The position numbers and the translations under genes are program-made. The notes beneath the pieces are model-generated. The model made no database searches and had not been told where the DNA came from. It was given only the letters and a program-made list of their open reading frames with translations. A DNA stretch of 64,000 bases from Harriotta raleighana (Eukaryota), in assembly GCA_050575255.1 (NCBI GenBank), contig JBNZDD010013732.1:21276244-21340243 (forward strand). The letters run 5' to 3'. This document shows, one piece after another, positions 53,034-64,000 of the stretch (position 1 is its first letter; the number at the start of each line of letters is the position of its first letter).

Positions 53034-53076
53034 ATATTGATATATTCATGTCCGGAGGACATGAATATATCAATAT
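53034..53076. repeat. Perfect 20-bp inverted repeat with a 3-nt loop
   Basis: ATATTGATATATTCATGTCC-GGA-GGACATGAATATATCAATAT. Confidence 0.95.
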
Positions 53077-53386
53077 ATTCACATAGCTGGTTTAGCAACT
53101 AAGCTGGGGGGAGGGGTGGGGGAGCTGGGGGAAGGAAAAATAGCCCAAATCATGGTCAAAAGCACAACTCAAGACAGGTGTGGCAGGAACATCACTGACC
53201 AAAATATTTCAATTTGCAGCTGCTCTTTGTACAATTAGAAAAATGATGTCAATGAAAAGAACCATCACTGATCAGAAAAAATGGAGTTTCTCATAATTAC
53301 AAGCTATTCTCATCATAAATGCTCAAGAAATAGACTGTTACTATTAGGGGTCAGTGTGTGATACATCTTATCCATAAACAACCACA

Positions 53387-53452
53387 TAACAAAAATGCAA
53401 AATACTGCAGATACTGGAAATCTGAAACAAAAACAGAAATCGCTGGGAACTC
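53387..53452. mobile_element. Terminal fragment of the palindromic hammerhead-bearing repeat
   Basis: AAAATACTGCAGATACTGGAAATCTGAAACAAAAACAGAAATCGCTGGGAAC matches 54885-54930 and 6220-6262. Confidence 0.8.
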
Positions 53453-54525
53453 CATGCAACGGTGTTTCTGCTTGATTTTGTTAATCGGATTAAGTACAAT
53501 GTTAACACCAATTTGGATCTTAATTAATAGCATCCATTTTTACCACTATTCCCACCCAGTCCAATGTAAAAATTACTCCAGGATCATCAACAGCAATAAT
53601 CACACCCATCACAGGTTCCGTAAATGACAGGCAAAATCTCATCAGCCAGCAGGGAGAGCACTATCATTGCTGTTCTGTCAGAATCACTTTGAAGGTAGTT
53701 TGAAGTGTGTCCAGAATCAGCTTCCAAAAGCTGCTGATGAAATGTGTTGATCAGAATGAGAATGACTGTCGCACTCTTTGAAACTGACAGTGCTCTACCC
53801 TGGCTGGGATGGAAGAGAAGAGTTTTCATAGCAGTGCACCATCGTTCACTTGACTTTTCTCAGTAATTACTTTCTTAGCTGCATCACATCTGCCGGTGAA
53901 AGTTGGAGCAGTTTTTCTTGGAAAAGACTTTGAGATGTTTTGTTGTACTCTTGTGGCTCTAAGAGTGTACAACCTAAACATTCCCAAACTGGTGAACCTG
54001 AACTAAGGCTTAGATGTTTTATACAGAAACAAAATCTGATTGTTTCTAAAATAAAAGATGATGTGCAGAGAATATGGTTATTTGACTCTGAGGATAAGCA
54101 GTCAGTCAAGACCAATTTTATTCATTGAGGCCGGAAGTTGCAATTGGCACCAGTTGACTATGGTCACATTGTGGGAAAACCTCAACTGTTCTCAACTCAT
54201 AGGATTGCTGATAATTACATGAGCGGAATAATTATGGCTTCAGAGTCCGCATGCTGTTATTTTATTTCTTAAATATTCTTTACCTAATTGTTCCAAATAA
54301 AGATCTTCTTTTGCAAAATATTCTTTTTTTGGAGCAATATTGACTGTCAGCTGCAGAATGCCCAGAACTCAAATGTATTGCGACAAACAGAATTATTTAT
54401 TCCAGGAATCCGATACGTTTTTCAAATTTACCTAATGACACAAAGTATATTGCATTTTTTGTGCAGAGCACATCAAAATATTATGATTTGCAATGCTCTT
54501 TGTAAAATTTTTCAAAACTATAATA

Positions 54526-54692
54526 TATTGGTCAATTCAATCCACAACTGTTTGTGGGATACTGCTGTGTGCAATTGGTTGCTACGTTTCGCCCACATAC
54601 AGACAATTCACTTTACTGTATATTAGGTGAAGCATTTTGAGACGTCTAGAAGATGCGAAAAGCACTATATCAAATGCAAAGATTATTATTAT
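54526..54692 (+). mobile_element. Deu-SINE 3' half
   Basis: CAACTGTTTGTGGGATACTGCTGTGTGCAATTGG...GACGTCTAGAAGATGCGAAAAGCACTATATCAAATGCAAAGATTATT. Confidence 0.9.
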
Positions 54693-54769
54693 CAGAAAAA
54701 TTGTGCCATTAAAATGATACAAGATATACATTTTGCTTGCCAGCTGCTGGAAAAGTGAGGATAAAATAT

Positions 54770-54867
54770 AATATAATAATATAATCCTTGCATTTGATAT
54801 AGCGCTTTTCATAGGTCTCATAGATCTTGAAAGGCAAGTGCTCTAACCACTGAACTTCAGGACTCCA
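54770..54867 (-). mobile_element. Internally deleted Deu-SINE (head joined directly to tail)
   Basis: Tail ATCCTTGCATTTGATATAGCGCTTTTCA abuts head AAGGCAAGTGCTCTAACCACTGAACTTCAGGACTCC. Confidence 0.75.
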
Positions 54868-54872
54868 AATAT

Positions 54873-55111
54873 AAACAAAACATAAAATACCTCAGATACT
54901 GGAAATCTGAAACAAAAACAGAAGAACACTCAGTGGGTTAGGCAGCATCTATGGAGAAAGAAAAGTGAGTCAACGATTCGGATCCACGAGCATTCATCAA
55001 ACTTCAGTTCTGACGAAGGGTCCTAGACCCGAAATATTGACTCACTTTCTTTTCGCCATAGATGCTGCCTGACCTGTTGAATGTTCCCAGCGACTTCTGC
55101 TTTTGTTTCAG
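54873..55111. mobile_element. Palindromic (hairpin) non-autonomous repeat, probably Penelope-like-element related
   Basis: 54907-~55003 is the imperfect reverse complement of ~55006-55111 (GGCAGCATCTATGG / CCATAGATGCTGCC; AAAGTGAGTCAA / TTGACTCACTTT). Confidence 0.85.
55005..55043 (+). ncRNA. Minimal type I hammerhead-ribozyme-like motif (probably decayed)
   Basis: AGUU-CUGACGA-A-GGGUC/CUA/GACCC-GAAA-UA-UU-GACU: CUGANGA box, 5-bp stem II, GAAA box, no helix III, short stem I. Confidence 0.6.
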
Positions 55112-57069
55112 GAATAAAACATGCTTTGTTGTAAAATGAAAAGTAAACTCTGGTCAAGCAATGGGACCATGAGAATGGAAATATCCTCTCGTAATCCCCT
55201 TTTCCCTTCTGTTGTTTTTCAAATGAAGCAACAAAGCAAACATTAAACAAGCTTATTAACAGAACCATCAACTTCGCCCTTCTATTTAGGCTATTCATAT
55301 TCCCTTTCATAAAAATCAAATGCCTTTCACAAAATGGAAAAATCAACGCTCCGCCTACTGTCATGGATGAAGGAAAGGATCTAATTAGAAGTGGAGACTG
55401 ATGGAACAATCAGTACAACTCTTAATCCCAAACATAAGTACTGATAGCCCTGAGCCTCACACCACCCTTGCTTTGATTTTCATGTGAACAAGGCCTTATC
55501 TGAGAAACTTCAATTTGCATGACTTTGCTTGGAGGCAGCTCCCATGATATGTTAATTGCAGGGTGCTTAAGTACTAAAAGGTTAACATAAAATCCTTTGC
55601 AAACAAGCTAATAGTTTATGATAATTTTTTTATTCTTGCCCTTTGTCAGTCTATCAATGGATTGCCTCTAGCTGCAGTTTTATCGAAGGGCTATAAAAAT
55701 ATAGTTTAAACAAGTTCATTCATTCATAATTGATATTTAAATCACTTTCTCTAATTTAGCTATTCTGACCCACTAACAGTCTCCAAATTATAATGTAATT
55801 AAACCACCCTGTATTACAAAGGATTTTATTTCAGAACTAAATGGGCAAGTAAGCGAAAGAGCCTTCCTGTTCAAGAAGATCACTTCAGTGCTAAAATTGG
55901 CAAACTACAGAAACATTACACACATTTTAAAGTTACTAAAACTATTATAGCATATTATTAACAGCTAACCTCAGAATAATGCTGCATAAGATATATTTCC
56001 AACTCTCATACATTCCTACAAACCCATAATTTTCAGTGTTCAGAGATGAAGGTGGTGCTAATCCAGTTAAAAGAGTAACCGGGGAAAGGATTTTGAAATG
56101 ACCCCTTCAGGTCCAAAGGTAATTATACAGTACATTGTTCTATTATGACAACTGCATTCCTTGTTGTAGATACATACAACAGGAAACATGGAGAAGACAG
56201 AGAATCAGTTGGGTTTGTGTGTGGAATGCCTCAGTTTTCAGTCTGGTGGCATAGTGAAGCCTGACAACTGTAGTAACCAGTGCTAGAAATTAAACAAATC
56301 CTATCGGTAATTATTAGGAAGAGAGAGTGTGCAGTTTTACTTGAAAGGCTCCATATGAATACAAGTTGTTGTGTTGTGGCTCTTGTTCACACTGGAATTG
56401 TCTTTGTCCAGTTGTGGAAAACTTCACTGAAGAAGGCAAAACCGAACGAGTTAAAGAATTCTGAAAGTCTAACAATGATTTACTTCCTTCAAGCCTTCGT
56501 ACACATTTAATGCCAAGTTTATCTTCACATATGGGTGATGCAGAACAATTTCAATCCGATATGGCTCTGCATCACCTTGCCCTGCCACTTCTGTCAACAA
56601 TCACTCCTTTTACACTGCTGACAGAGCCAGAGGTAAAGTGGGAACCAAAGAAGCTGATTCAAAGTTAGGTTTGTGGCATACATTCTTTGCCTGTTGAAAC
56701 CTTCCACAATCTCTGGCAAAGGTCAGCACAGATCAGGGGTGTCGAAAATAGCTTCTGGCTTGCAGAGGCAGCTCAGCTCATCCATGTATAAAAACAAAAT
56801 GGCTGACAGTAACATGGATCTTTTAAAGTTTGCTATTTCCAAAAGTAAAAGTGCCTCCTCAGACTTTTCATTTATGTGTCTCTGCGAGGTGAATACAACA
56901 CTGGAGAGGATTTATTTTGAATAGCAATATATAGAGAAACCCATCATCATGCTTAAAATATCCAACCAAACTGACACAGACCATCTATACACTACCCTAT
57001 TATTTAAGACTTATTAGACATTATAATAGAATTACAACTTTTTGGTCACCCAGGAAATATATATATTTA

Positions 57070-57290
57070 TTTATTGTGTATCCTTACATTTAATGCAGTG
57101 CTTGTAACATTGAGAGGATGTTTCAAAGCATTTCACAGGATATATTGTAAATTGTAGTGACTGAGTATTTTGAAGGTAAACATGGCAGCCAAATTAAACA
57201 CAGCAATATCCAACAAACAGTCATGCAGTTTTGTTTAGAGGACTGTTAGCCAGATCAATGGGAGATCCTTGCTTCTCTTTTCAAAAGTAG
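57070..57290 (-). mobile_element. Degenerate Deu-SINE
   Basis: ATCCTTACATTTAATGCAGTGCTT...AAACATGGCAGCCAAATT...CACAGCAATATCCAACAAACAG. Confidence 0.7.
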
Positions 57291-57302
57291 AAGACAGCAG
57301 TC

Positions 57303-60300
57303 CAGGAGATACAAATTCACTTCAAAGGCAACAGAAAAATGCTCAACTTAGCTCAAAATGTTTTGCTAGCCTACAATTATAGGTTTAAGTGAACACAGCA
57401 TAAATGAGACTTAAGTAGATAATATCTCTCCAGGTGTGATAAGAATAGAAGTTTAGTCAGAAGGTATTATCTAATCCTTTTGTGAACTGGGTTGCACAAT
57501 GAATAGCCACCAAGAGAAAAACATTCACCCAACCATGTTTTTTTGTAACCTCATTATATCAAAGTCAATAAATCTCTCCTGAAAAGGAGGATTTTTTATG
57601 TGTAGATTTTTTGTCAAATTGTTTTCCATTTCATATACAATCACCAAAAATAAGTAAATTTGGGGGATGAATTCATCACCTATATCAACTATGTAAACAG
57701 ATATTCAAGGAGAAAGGATCCATAAAAAATGTGGAACTCTCATTTGGTGAATCACAAAGCCATACAGACCAGAACATTGCAGGTTGTAAACCTCTTTGAT
57801 GTTCTTCATCATCAATAGACTGGCAACACTCAATGTCAAGGTTGAAACTTGAGTAATAGGTACTTCAGTAAGGTATTGGAGGGGTGATTTGTGCACTTGA
57901 ACTGTACTTCAGTGGAAGGTCAAAGGAGGTCAGCAGTCCTCTCAGGAGTGAAGAGAAAAACTGGCAAAATCGGGGGACTTTTTTTTAGAAAACAAATCTA
58001 CAGAGGAGGAGAGCCCTGTGGCTATGCCCTTATTGATCTGCAATTGTCAACTGCTGGTCAACAACATGAGATTAAAAGAAACCTGAAATAGTCAGCGCTT
58101 GAGGTCACCTGTACATGTTTCCATCACAATGGACATCCCATCATGCTGCTTATACACCACTACACAGACACCAGCTGGAAAATTTGCAAAGCACATTGCA
58201 GCACTGTTAAAACTGCTCCGGGCAACCCCTCCCAATCCTTCAGAGACTGTTTACTTCTTTGTAAACACTGTTGCTTACAGACTCTCAGGCACCAGCTGAT
58301 ATTAGCCCTCACTTCTCCAAAACTGTTCAGAAAGTGAACTCTGTGATCTTTCCTATGATCTTTGGTGCTAAGCTGTGGTCAGCAGGACAGTGAGTGCATT
58401 TAGGAATGACTTTTTTTTAACTTTTCTTGGAATTTGCAAGTACCTTTTTAAACTACCATATTAATTGCAGATCAAAGTCTGAGTATGACTTGTGTGAAGA
58501 AATTAGGATGCATTAGCCCATTTAGAAATAAGTTTAAAGTGCTTCTCCAATGATTTTTGAAATATCTTGCTTGCTAATGAAAATTCCTGCTTGCAAATAA
58601 GGACTGATTTGGAGAGCCTGTATATTTGTGTTGTTTCGTATCTTATAATTGCATGAGAAATTGAGCAGGTTATACGAATAATTAACTTCTAATAAATTGA
58701 ATGCCAATTATTTTTCTCCCTGTCCGACACCTGCGAAAACCTATGATGAAGAGTTTCTAAACCCAGATAGAAGTTNCTGATTTGGAGAGCCTGTATATTT
58801 GTGTTGTTTCGTATCTTACCTCCCCTTCCTGTCCAAGGTTCTGGAAAGAGTTGTCGCCTCCCAGCTGCGCTCTTTCCTCTCCACCCACTCACTCCTCGAA
58901 CCCCTCCAGTCNCAGGAGATACAAATTCACTTCAAAGGCAACAGAAAAATGCTCAACTTAGCTCAAAATGTTTTGCTAGCCTACAATTATAGGTTTAAGT
59001 GAACACAGCATAAATGAGACTTAAGTAGATAATATCTCTCCAGGTGTGATAAGAATAGAAGTTTAGTCAGAAGGTATTATCTAATCCTTTTGTGAACTGG
59101 GTTGCACAATGAATAGCCACCAAGAGAAAAACATTCACCCAACCATGTTTTTTTGTAACCTCATTATATCAAAGTCAATAAATCTCTCCTGAAAAGGAGG
59201 ATTTTTTATGTGTAGATTTTTTGTCAAATTGTTTTCCATTTCATATACAATCACCAAAAATAAGTAAATTTGGGGGATGAATTCATCACCTATATCAACT
59301 ATGTAAACAGATATTCAAGGAGAAAGGATCCATAAAAAATGTGGAACTCTCATTTGGTGAATCACAAAGCCATACAGACCAGAACATTGCAGGTTGTAAA
59401 CCTCTTTGATGTTCTTCATCATCAATAGACTGGCAACACTCAATGTCAAGGTTGAAACTTGAGTAATAGGTACTTCAGTAAGGTATTGGAGGGGTGATTT
59501 GTGCACTTGAACTGTACTTCAGTGGAAGGTCAAAGGAGGTCAGCAGTCCTCTCAGGAGTGAAGAGAAAAACTGGCAAAATCGGGGGACTTTTTTTTAGAA
59601 AACAAATCTACAGAGGAGGAGAGCCCTGTGGCTATGCCCTTATTGATCTGCAATTGTCAACTGCTGGTCAACAACATGAGATTAAAAGAAACCTGAAATA
59701 GTCAGCGCTTGAGGTCACCTGTACATGTTTCCATCACAATGGACATCCCACCATGCTGCTTATACACCACTACACAGACACCAGCTGGAAAATTTGCAAA
59801 GCACATTGCAGCACTGTTAAAACTGCTCCGGGCAACCCCTCCCAATCCTTCAGAGACTGTTTACTTCTTTGTAAACACTGTTGCTTACAGACTCTCAGGC
59901 ACCAGCTGATATTAGCCCTCACTTCTCCAAAACTGTTCAGAAAGTGAACTCTGTGATCTTTCCTATGATCTTTGGTGCTAAGCTGTGGTCAGCAGGACAG
60001 TGAGTGCATTTAGGAACGACTTTTTTTTAACTTTTCTTGGAATTTGCAAGTACCTTTTTAAACTACCATATTAATTGCAGATCAAAGTCTGAGTATGACT
60101 TGTGTGAAGAAATTAGGATGCATTAGCCCATTTAGAAATAAGTTTAAAGTGCTTCTCCAATGATTTTTGAAATATCTTGCTTGCTAATGAAAATTCCTGC
60201 TTGCAAATAAGGACTGATTTGGAGAGCCTGTATATTTGTGTTGTTTCGTATCTTATAATTGCATGAGAAATTGAGCAGGTTATACGAATAATTAACTTCT

Positions 60301-60385
60301 AATAAATTGAATGCCAATTATTTTTCTCCCTGTCCGACACCTGCGAAAACCTATGATGAAGAGTTTCTAAACCCAGATAGAAGTT
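57303..60385. repeat. 1473-bp near-identical duplication (57303-58775 / 58913-60385) flanking an N-bounded mini-contig; probable uncollapsed haplotypes
   Basis: Offset 1610. The only differences I saw are T58141/C59751 and T58407/C60017. Ns at 58776 and 58912. Confidence 0.95.
58819..58911 (+). mobile_element. Undegraded LINE2 reverse transcriptase segment
   Basis: Encodes LPFLSKVLERVVASQLRSFLSTHSLLEPLQ, the segment between YRPIS and QSGFR in L2-clade RT; no stops, CpGs intact. Confidence 0.9.
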
Positions 60386-61574
60386 CTACTTATGCATGCC
60401 ACCTACGAATGGAAATTTCCATGTGTCTAAATAGGATAACCACTTTCACTTCAGAGCAATTCACCTTGCTTACCAAGTTCTGAAGAGTATTATGCACAGA
60501 TTGGCAAGAGCCAAAGCTTGAGGACACCACAGTGTGCATTGGGGTTCTGCTGGAGTTTAATCGCATTACTTGTGATTGAGATAACTATAGCTAGCTACTA
60601 ACTGCTAGCCTGGCTAGGACCAACTTATCTATTAGGACTTTGACTTGCAGCATCAACAAGAGCCAAGCAAGAAGAGTCCATTTCCCCAGTGAACATCTGC
60701 TCCCAAAGTCCTTCCACATTTTATAAAATAATCTTTGAAAATGGAGAATAAACCAATTAAATTAGTACACAACCCTTTTTGTAGATTTAATATAGTTTTG
60801 CTAAAAAAAAGTTTTGGGATATTCAATCTGCATAAGGTAAAGCAAAACATTCATTTGGCATAGGGCTAGACAAATATGTAATCTCTATTGGCCAAGCTTT
60901 CTGGCTCTGAAAATATATCATCCCTTCAAATGCTATAGTTCACCGGTGGGGGTGCTCCTAGCATGCTAAAGTATGTTATACATCAACACTTCAACATGGC
61001 AGATTTCCAACCCTGGACATGGCCTTACTCTGGAACACATGACAGCATCAAGCTCAGCACATTGCAATCTATTCCCTGAGAAGCAAGATTGATACAATGT
61101 GCACATTGTTAAAAGTTCATCTTGCTTCCATTATAGTATGCAGAGTAGTAATAAATTACATTTAGTTTTCACAGGCTCAACCATGTGAACACCAAGTGTA
61201 AGCCAAGCCAGAGGAGGCCTGGATTTATAAGTGCTACATCTGTATGAACAGAATGTATTGTCATAAATTTTGAAGAAAGAATACACTCCAAAAGATTTCA
61301 ATTGACTTTTATAACTTTTCTATAAATGTAAGTTTACAACTGCTGTTGTACCTCCTTCATTCATTTCCCCCTCTCATATTATTTGTATGTATTTCACTCT
61401 ACTTTTCAATCATTTAAACTCATACACCATTCCTCAACTAAAAGCCAAAGGGCTGTCAAACTTCTGCCAATTCAATATACTAAAAGATGTGAAAAAGCTG
61501 CCAGAGATGAATTACCCAACAATCTTTGTTGCCCACCATTGGTGATTCATTCAACGGGCAAGTTCTGTGCCCTC

Positions 61575-61675
61575 TTAACTCCCGCAGGGTGTGGAATACC
61601 CTGTCAAGGCAGGTAATAATGGCAGAGACCAGTGTAGAATTCAAAAGGAAACAAGATCATCTACTGACTATCTGG
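61575..61675 (+). mobile_element. CR1 ORF2 C-terminal fragment
   Basis: RVWNTLSRQVIMAETSVEFKRKQDHLL, cf. CR1 VWN.LP..VVEA.T...FKR.LD..L. Confidence 0.7.
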
Positions 61676-62319
61676 AATAATGTACACAGCTCATTAATTC
61701 CATTAACGGGAGTGGTAATGCAATTGTACATCAAATGCAAGTAGTAGTATTCATTAGCACAGAGGAATGTTGGGGTCCAATTAAGTAAACATTTATAGCA
61801 AATCTTAACAAGAATACAACAACAAACAACAACTAAATTACATTTATAGAGTGCCTTTCAAGTCGAGAGGACATCCCAATACAGACTATGTAGATGAATT
61901 GAACTTGGTTTGCAACAAAACTGATACAATATTTTAGTTCTTTCTAATATTTTACTGTGGTATACAAGATGCTCTAGGTTTTTGCCTTGTAATTCACGGT
62001 GAATATTAACGCGTGTAAAATAATATATGTAACAAAACTAATTTGCAATTCCAACAAGTTTTCAAAAATGCTAATGAAAAGCAGCTAGCGCAGAAAAGTT
62101 TATTCATTAAGGCAACATGAGTTCAAAGAAATGTCAATTTAACAGGAACAATATGAACCTTGGTTGCAGGAAAGAACAACGTTAGTTAAGATGATATCAG
62201 TTTCCATTCAGTAATAACTGTGCGTAAGGCAATTGCCACATTGTCAACCAGGGTTTTCAACATGACAGTTTCGCCATTTTTACAAGCAGTGTAGAGTTAC
62301 ACATAAGATTCCAATTTTT

Positions 62320-62560
62320 GTAGATTTAAATTTGGGAAATTTGTTTTCACTCAAAGAGATGTTGTGGTGTGGAATATCTGGCCATGAAAGTTAGTAGCAA
62401 GAGTTCATTGTGGTATTCAAGAGGGAAGAAAGGTTTATCAAAGTTAGATGCTTGAGCTAGGTGTTCTGCTGTTGGCACTGGGATTGAAAGTGCTACTTGC
62501 TGTGTGACCTTTGAAGACTCAATCGGCTGAATGACCTTCATTGCACTATGATTCTATGAA
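62320..62560 (+). mobile_element. Degenerate CR1 3' end
   Basis: TTCACTCAAAGAG...GTGTGGAAT..., then GGCTGAATGACCT and the CTATGATTCTATGA tail. Confidence 0.75.
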
Positions 62561-63374
62561 TTTAATCAATGCAGAATGAATCTCAGAAATAGATGTAATT
62601 CTCCACTTCACCGCTTCCAAAATTCAACTTTGTGACATAAAATTAAATGCTGGTCCGATTTTCCTCAACTCATTGTTGGCCATCGGAAGAGTAGTTTCAG
62701 ATGAAGAAAATAATTCTGCCTATTCATCTTATATTTTAAGAATACAAAATACTGTCAGCCCATTTCTCCACAACCAATTACAGAAAATAGCAGGGCTGAG
62801 TCAGGAGGTTGAATGAAACCTGTGACTGGATATTACAATAAAAAATTGGTACAATTGGTAGATTTACAATTATAAATGATGTTAATGTCCAATTAATACT
62901 AGATTTGTTTTATTATGTATACACTATGCTAACTTTTAGGGTGCCCATCCATCCAGTAGTGTGTAGTGCTTTAAAATACCCTCCTGACATGAAAGGCCTT
63001 ATATAAACGTAAATTGTACTTTTTCACTTGCAATATAATTTAGCTTCTGCTCAGAAATAGTTTCTTGCAGTGGAAGCATGGCAACCTTTGAACTTTGATA
63101 TTCTAATGCCCAACATTGGAGTTCTGTCACATGTGTGTTTAGTTGTATATTCTCAGATTGTCCGGAGTCTCCCAAGCTGGAATCAAGAAATATAAATGAC
63201 GTCTGATCATGATCACTTTACGCTTCACTTTCAGTAGAATAAACTAGGCATTTATTTCGCATGGCAAGTGAACTATAATTTATAAACTTAGTCTCACATC
63301 ACAAAGCTAAGTCATCATCTATAATGTATTATTCCATGACTAAATACTGAAATGTATTACATTAAGCTAGAGAA

Positions 63375-63670
63375 ATGAGGAGCAGAGTGGGTTAAGCACA
63401 TAGTCATTTCACCCTTGGGACTAGTATTCAAATCTAACCCAGAGTGATGGAATAAAGACATACTGATTTCGACACCTGTAATAGTCCCAAGTGAAATGAA
63501 CTTGGCCATTCTCAATCGCATGCTTAGCAGTGGCAAGTCCAAAGTACAAAACTACTTAAACTTTGCCTGTAACTGGGATTAGATTGGAATTATAATTCAA
63601 AAAAGGCCATGAGGATAGCCAGCATGAAAAATGGGAATGTCACATTGGTACAGTGCTAAAGTTGAAGTGC
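63375..63670 (+). mobile_element. LF-SINE-like relic
   Basis: TTTCACCCTTGGGACTAGTATTCAAATCTAACCCAG...GTGAAATGAACTTGG...TCTCAATC...GTCCA..GTACAAAAC is colinear with the LF-SINE 5' half as recalled. Confidence 0.5.
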
Positions 63671-64000
63671 AAGCAATAGTTTTCGAGAGAAAGCAAAGCA
63701 AAATTTTGTTCTGACTTATGATGCATTTTATCTGAGATTGCCCAACCTGGCATTAAGGGTAAAAAGTAGAGAGCTGTTTCATTCCACAGACCTCCCATCT
63801 GTTAGCTTGATGAAAATAGAATATAAGCAATTGGTATACAGGTATTTGTTTGAGGGTCGTCTTGATGTGGTAGCTGACTGATAAAGGTATTCCTATGCAA
63901 TTCTGTTCTGAAATTTTTTAGCACCCATCAGCAGAATAATCCCATCCATATATAGCTCATCCCACAACTACAATAATTTATCTGTACTTCAGGCACATGC

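Overview
AT-rich vertebrate genomic DNA, almost entirely non-coding (a long intron or gene desert). The repeat complement suggests a cartilaginous fish, possibly a chimaera such as Callorhinchus; this is inferred from recalled consensus sequences, not from a search. The repeats are tRNA-headed Deu-domain SINEs with LINE2-derived tails, many LINE2 and CR1 3' fragments, an older AmnSINE2-like SINE family, one LF-SINE-like relic, and a palindromic element carrying hammerhead-ribozyme-like cores. No complete protein-coding gene is visible, and nearly all ORFs in the track are spurious or TE-derived. One convincing isolated exon candidate lies on the minus strand (26644-26731, unidentified gene). 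The draft assembly has N-gaps and three duplications that straddle single-N joins (19395-22133, 36845-36949, 57303-60385), probably artefacts. The most notable observations are: (1) minimal hammerhead-like motifs in both arms of a ~205-bp palindrome at 54907-55111, with three partial copies elsewhere; (2) a mini-contig capturing the junction of an undegraded LINE2 RT segment at a site that is empty in both flanking copies; (3) a perfect 34-bp inverted repeat within degenerate arms at 12.7-13.3 kb; (4) several perfect fold-back hairpins at retroposon ends. TE boundaries are approximate and were read by eye.
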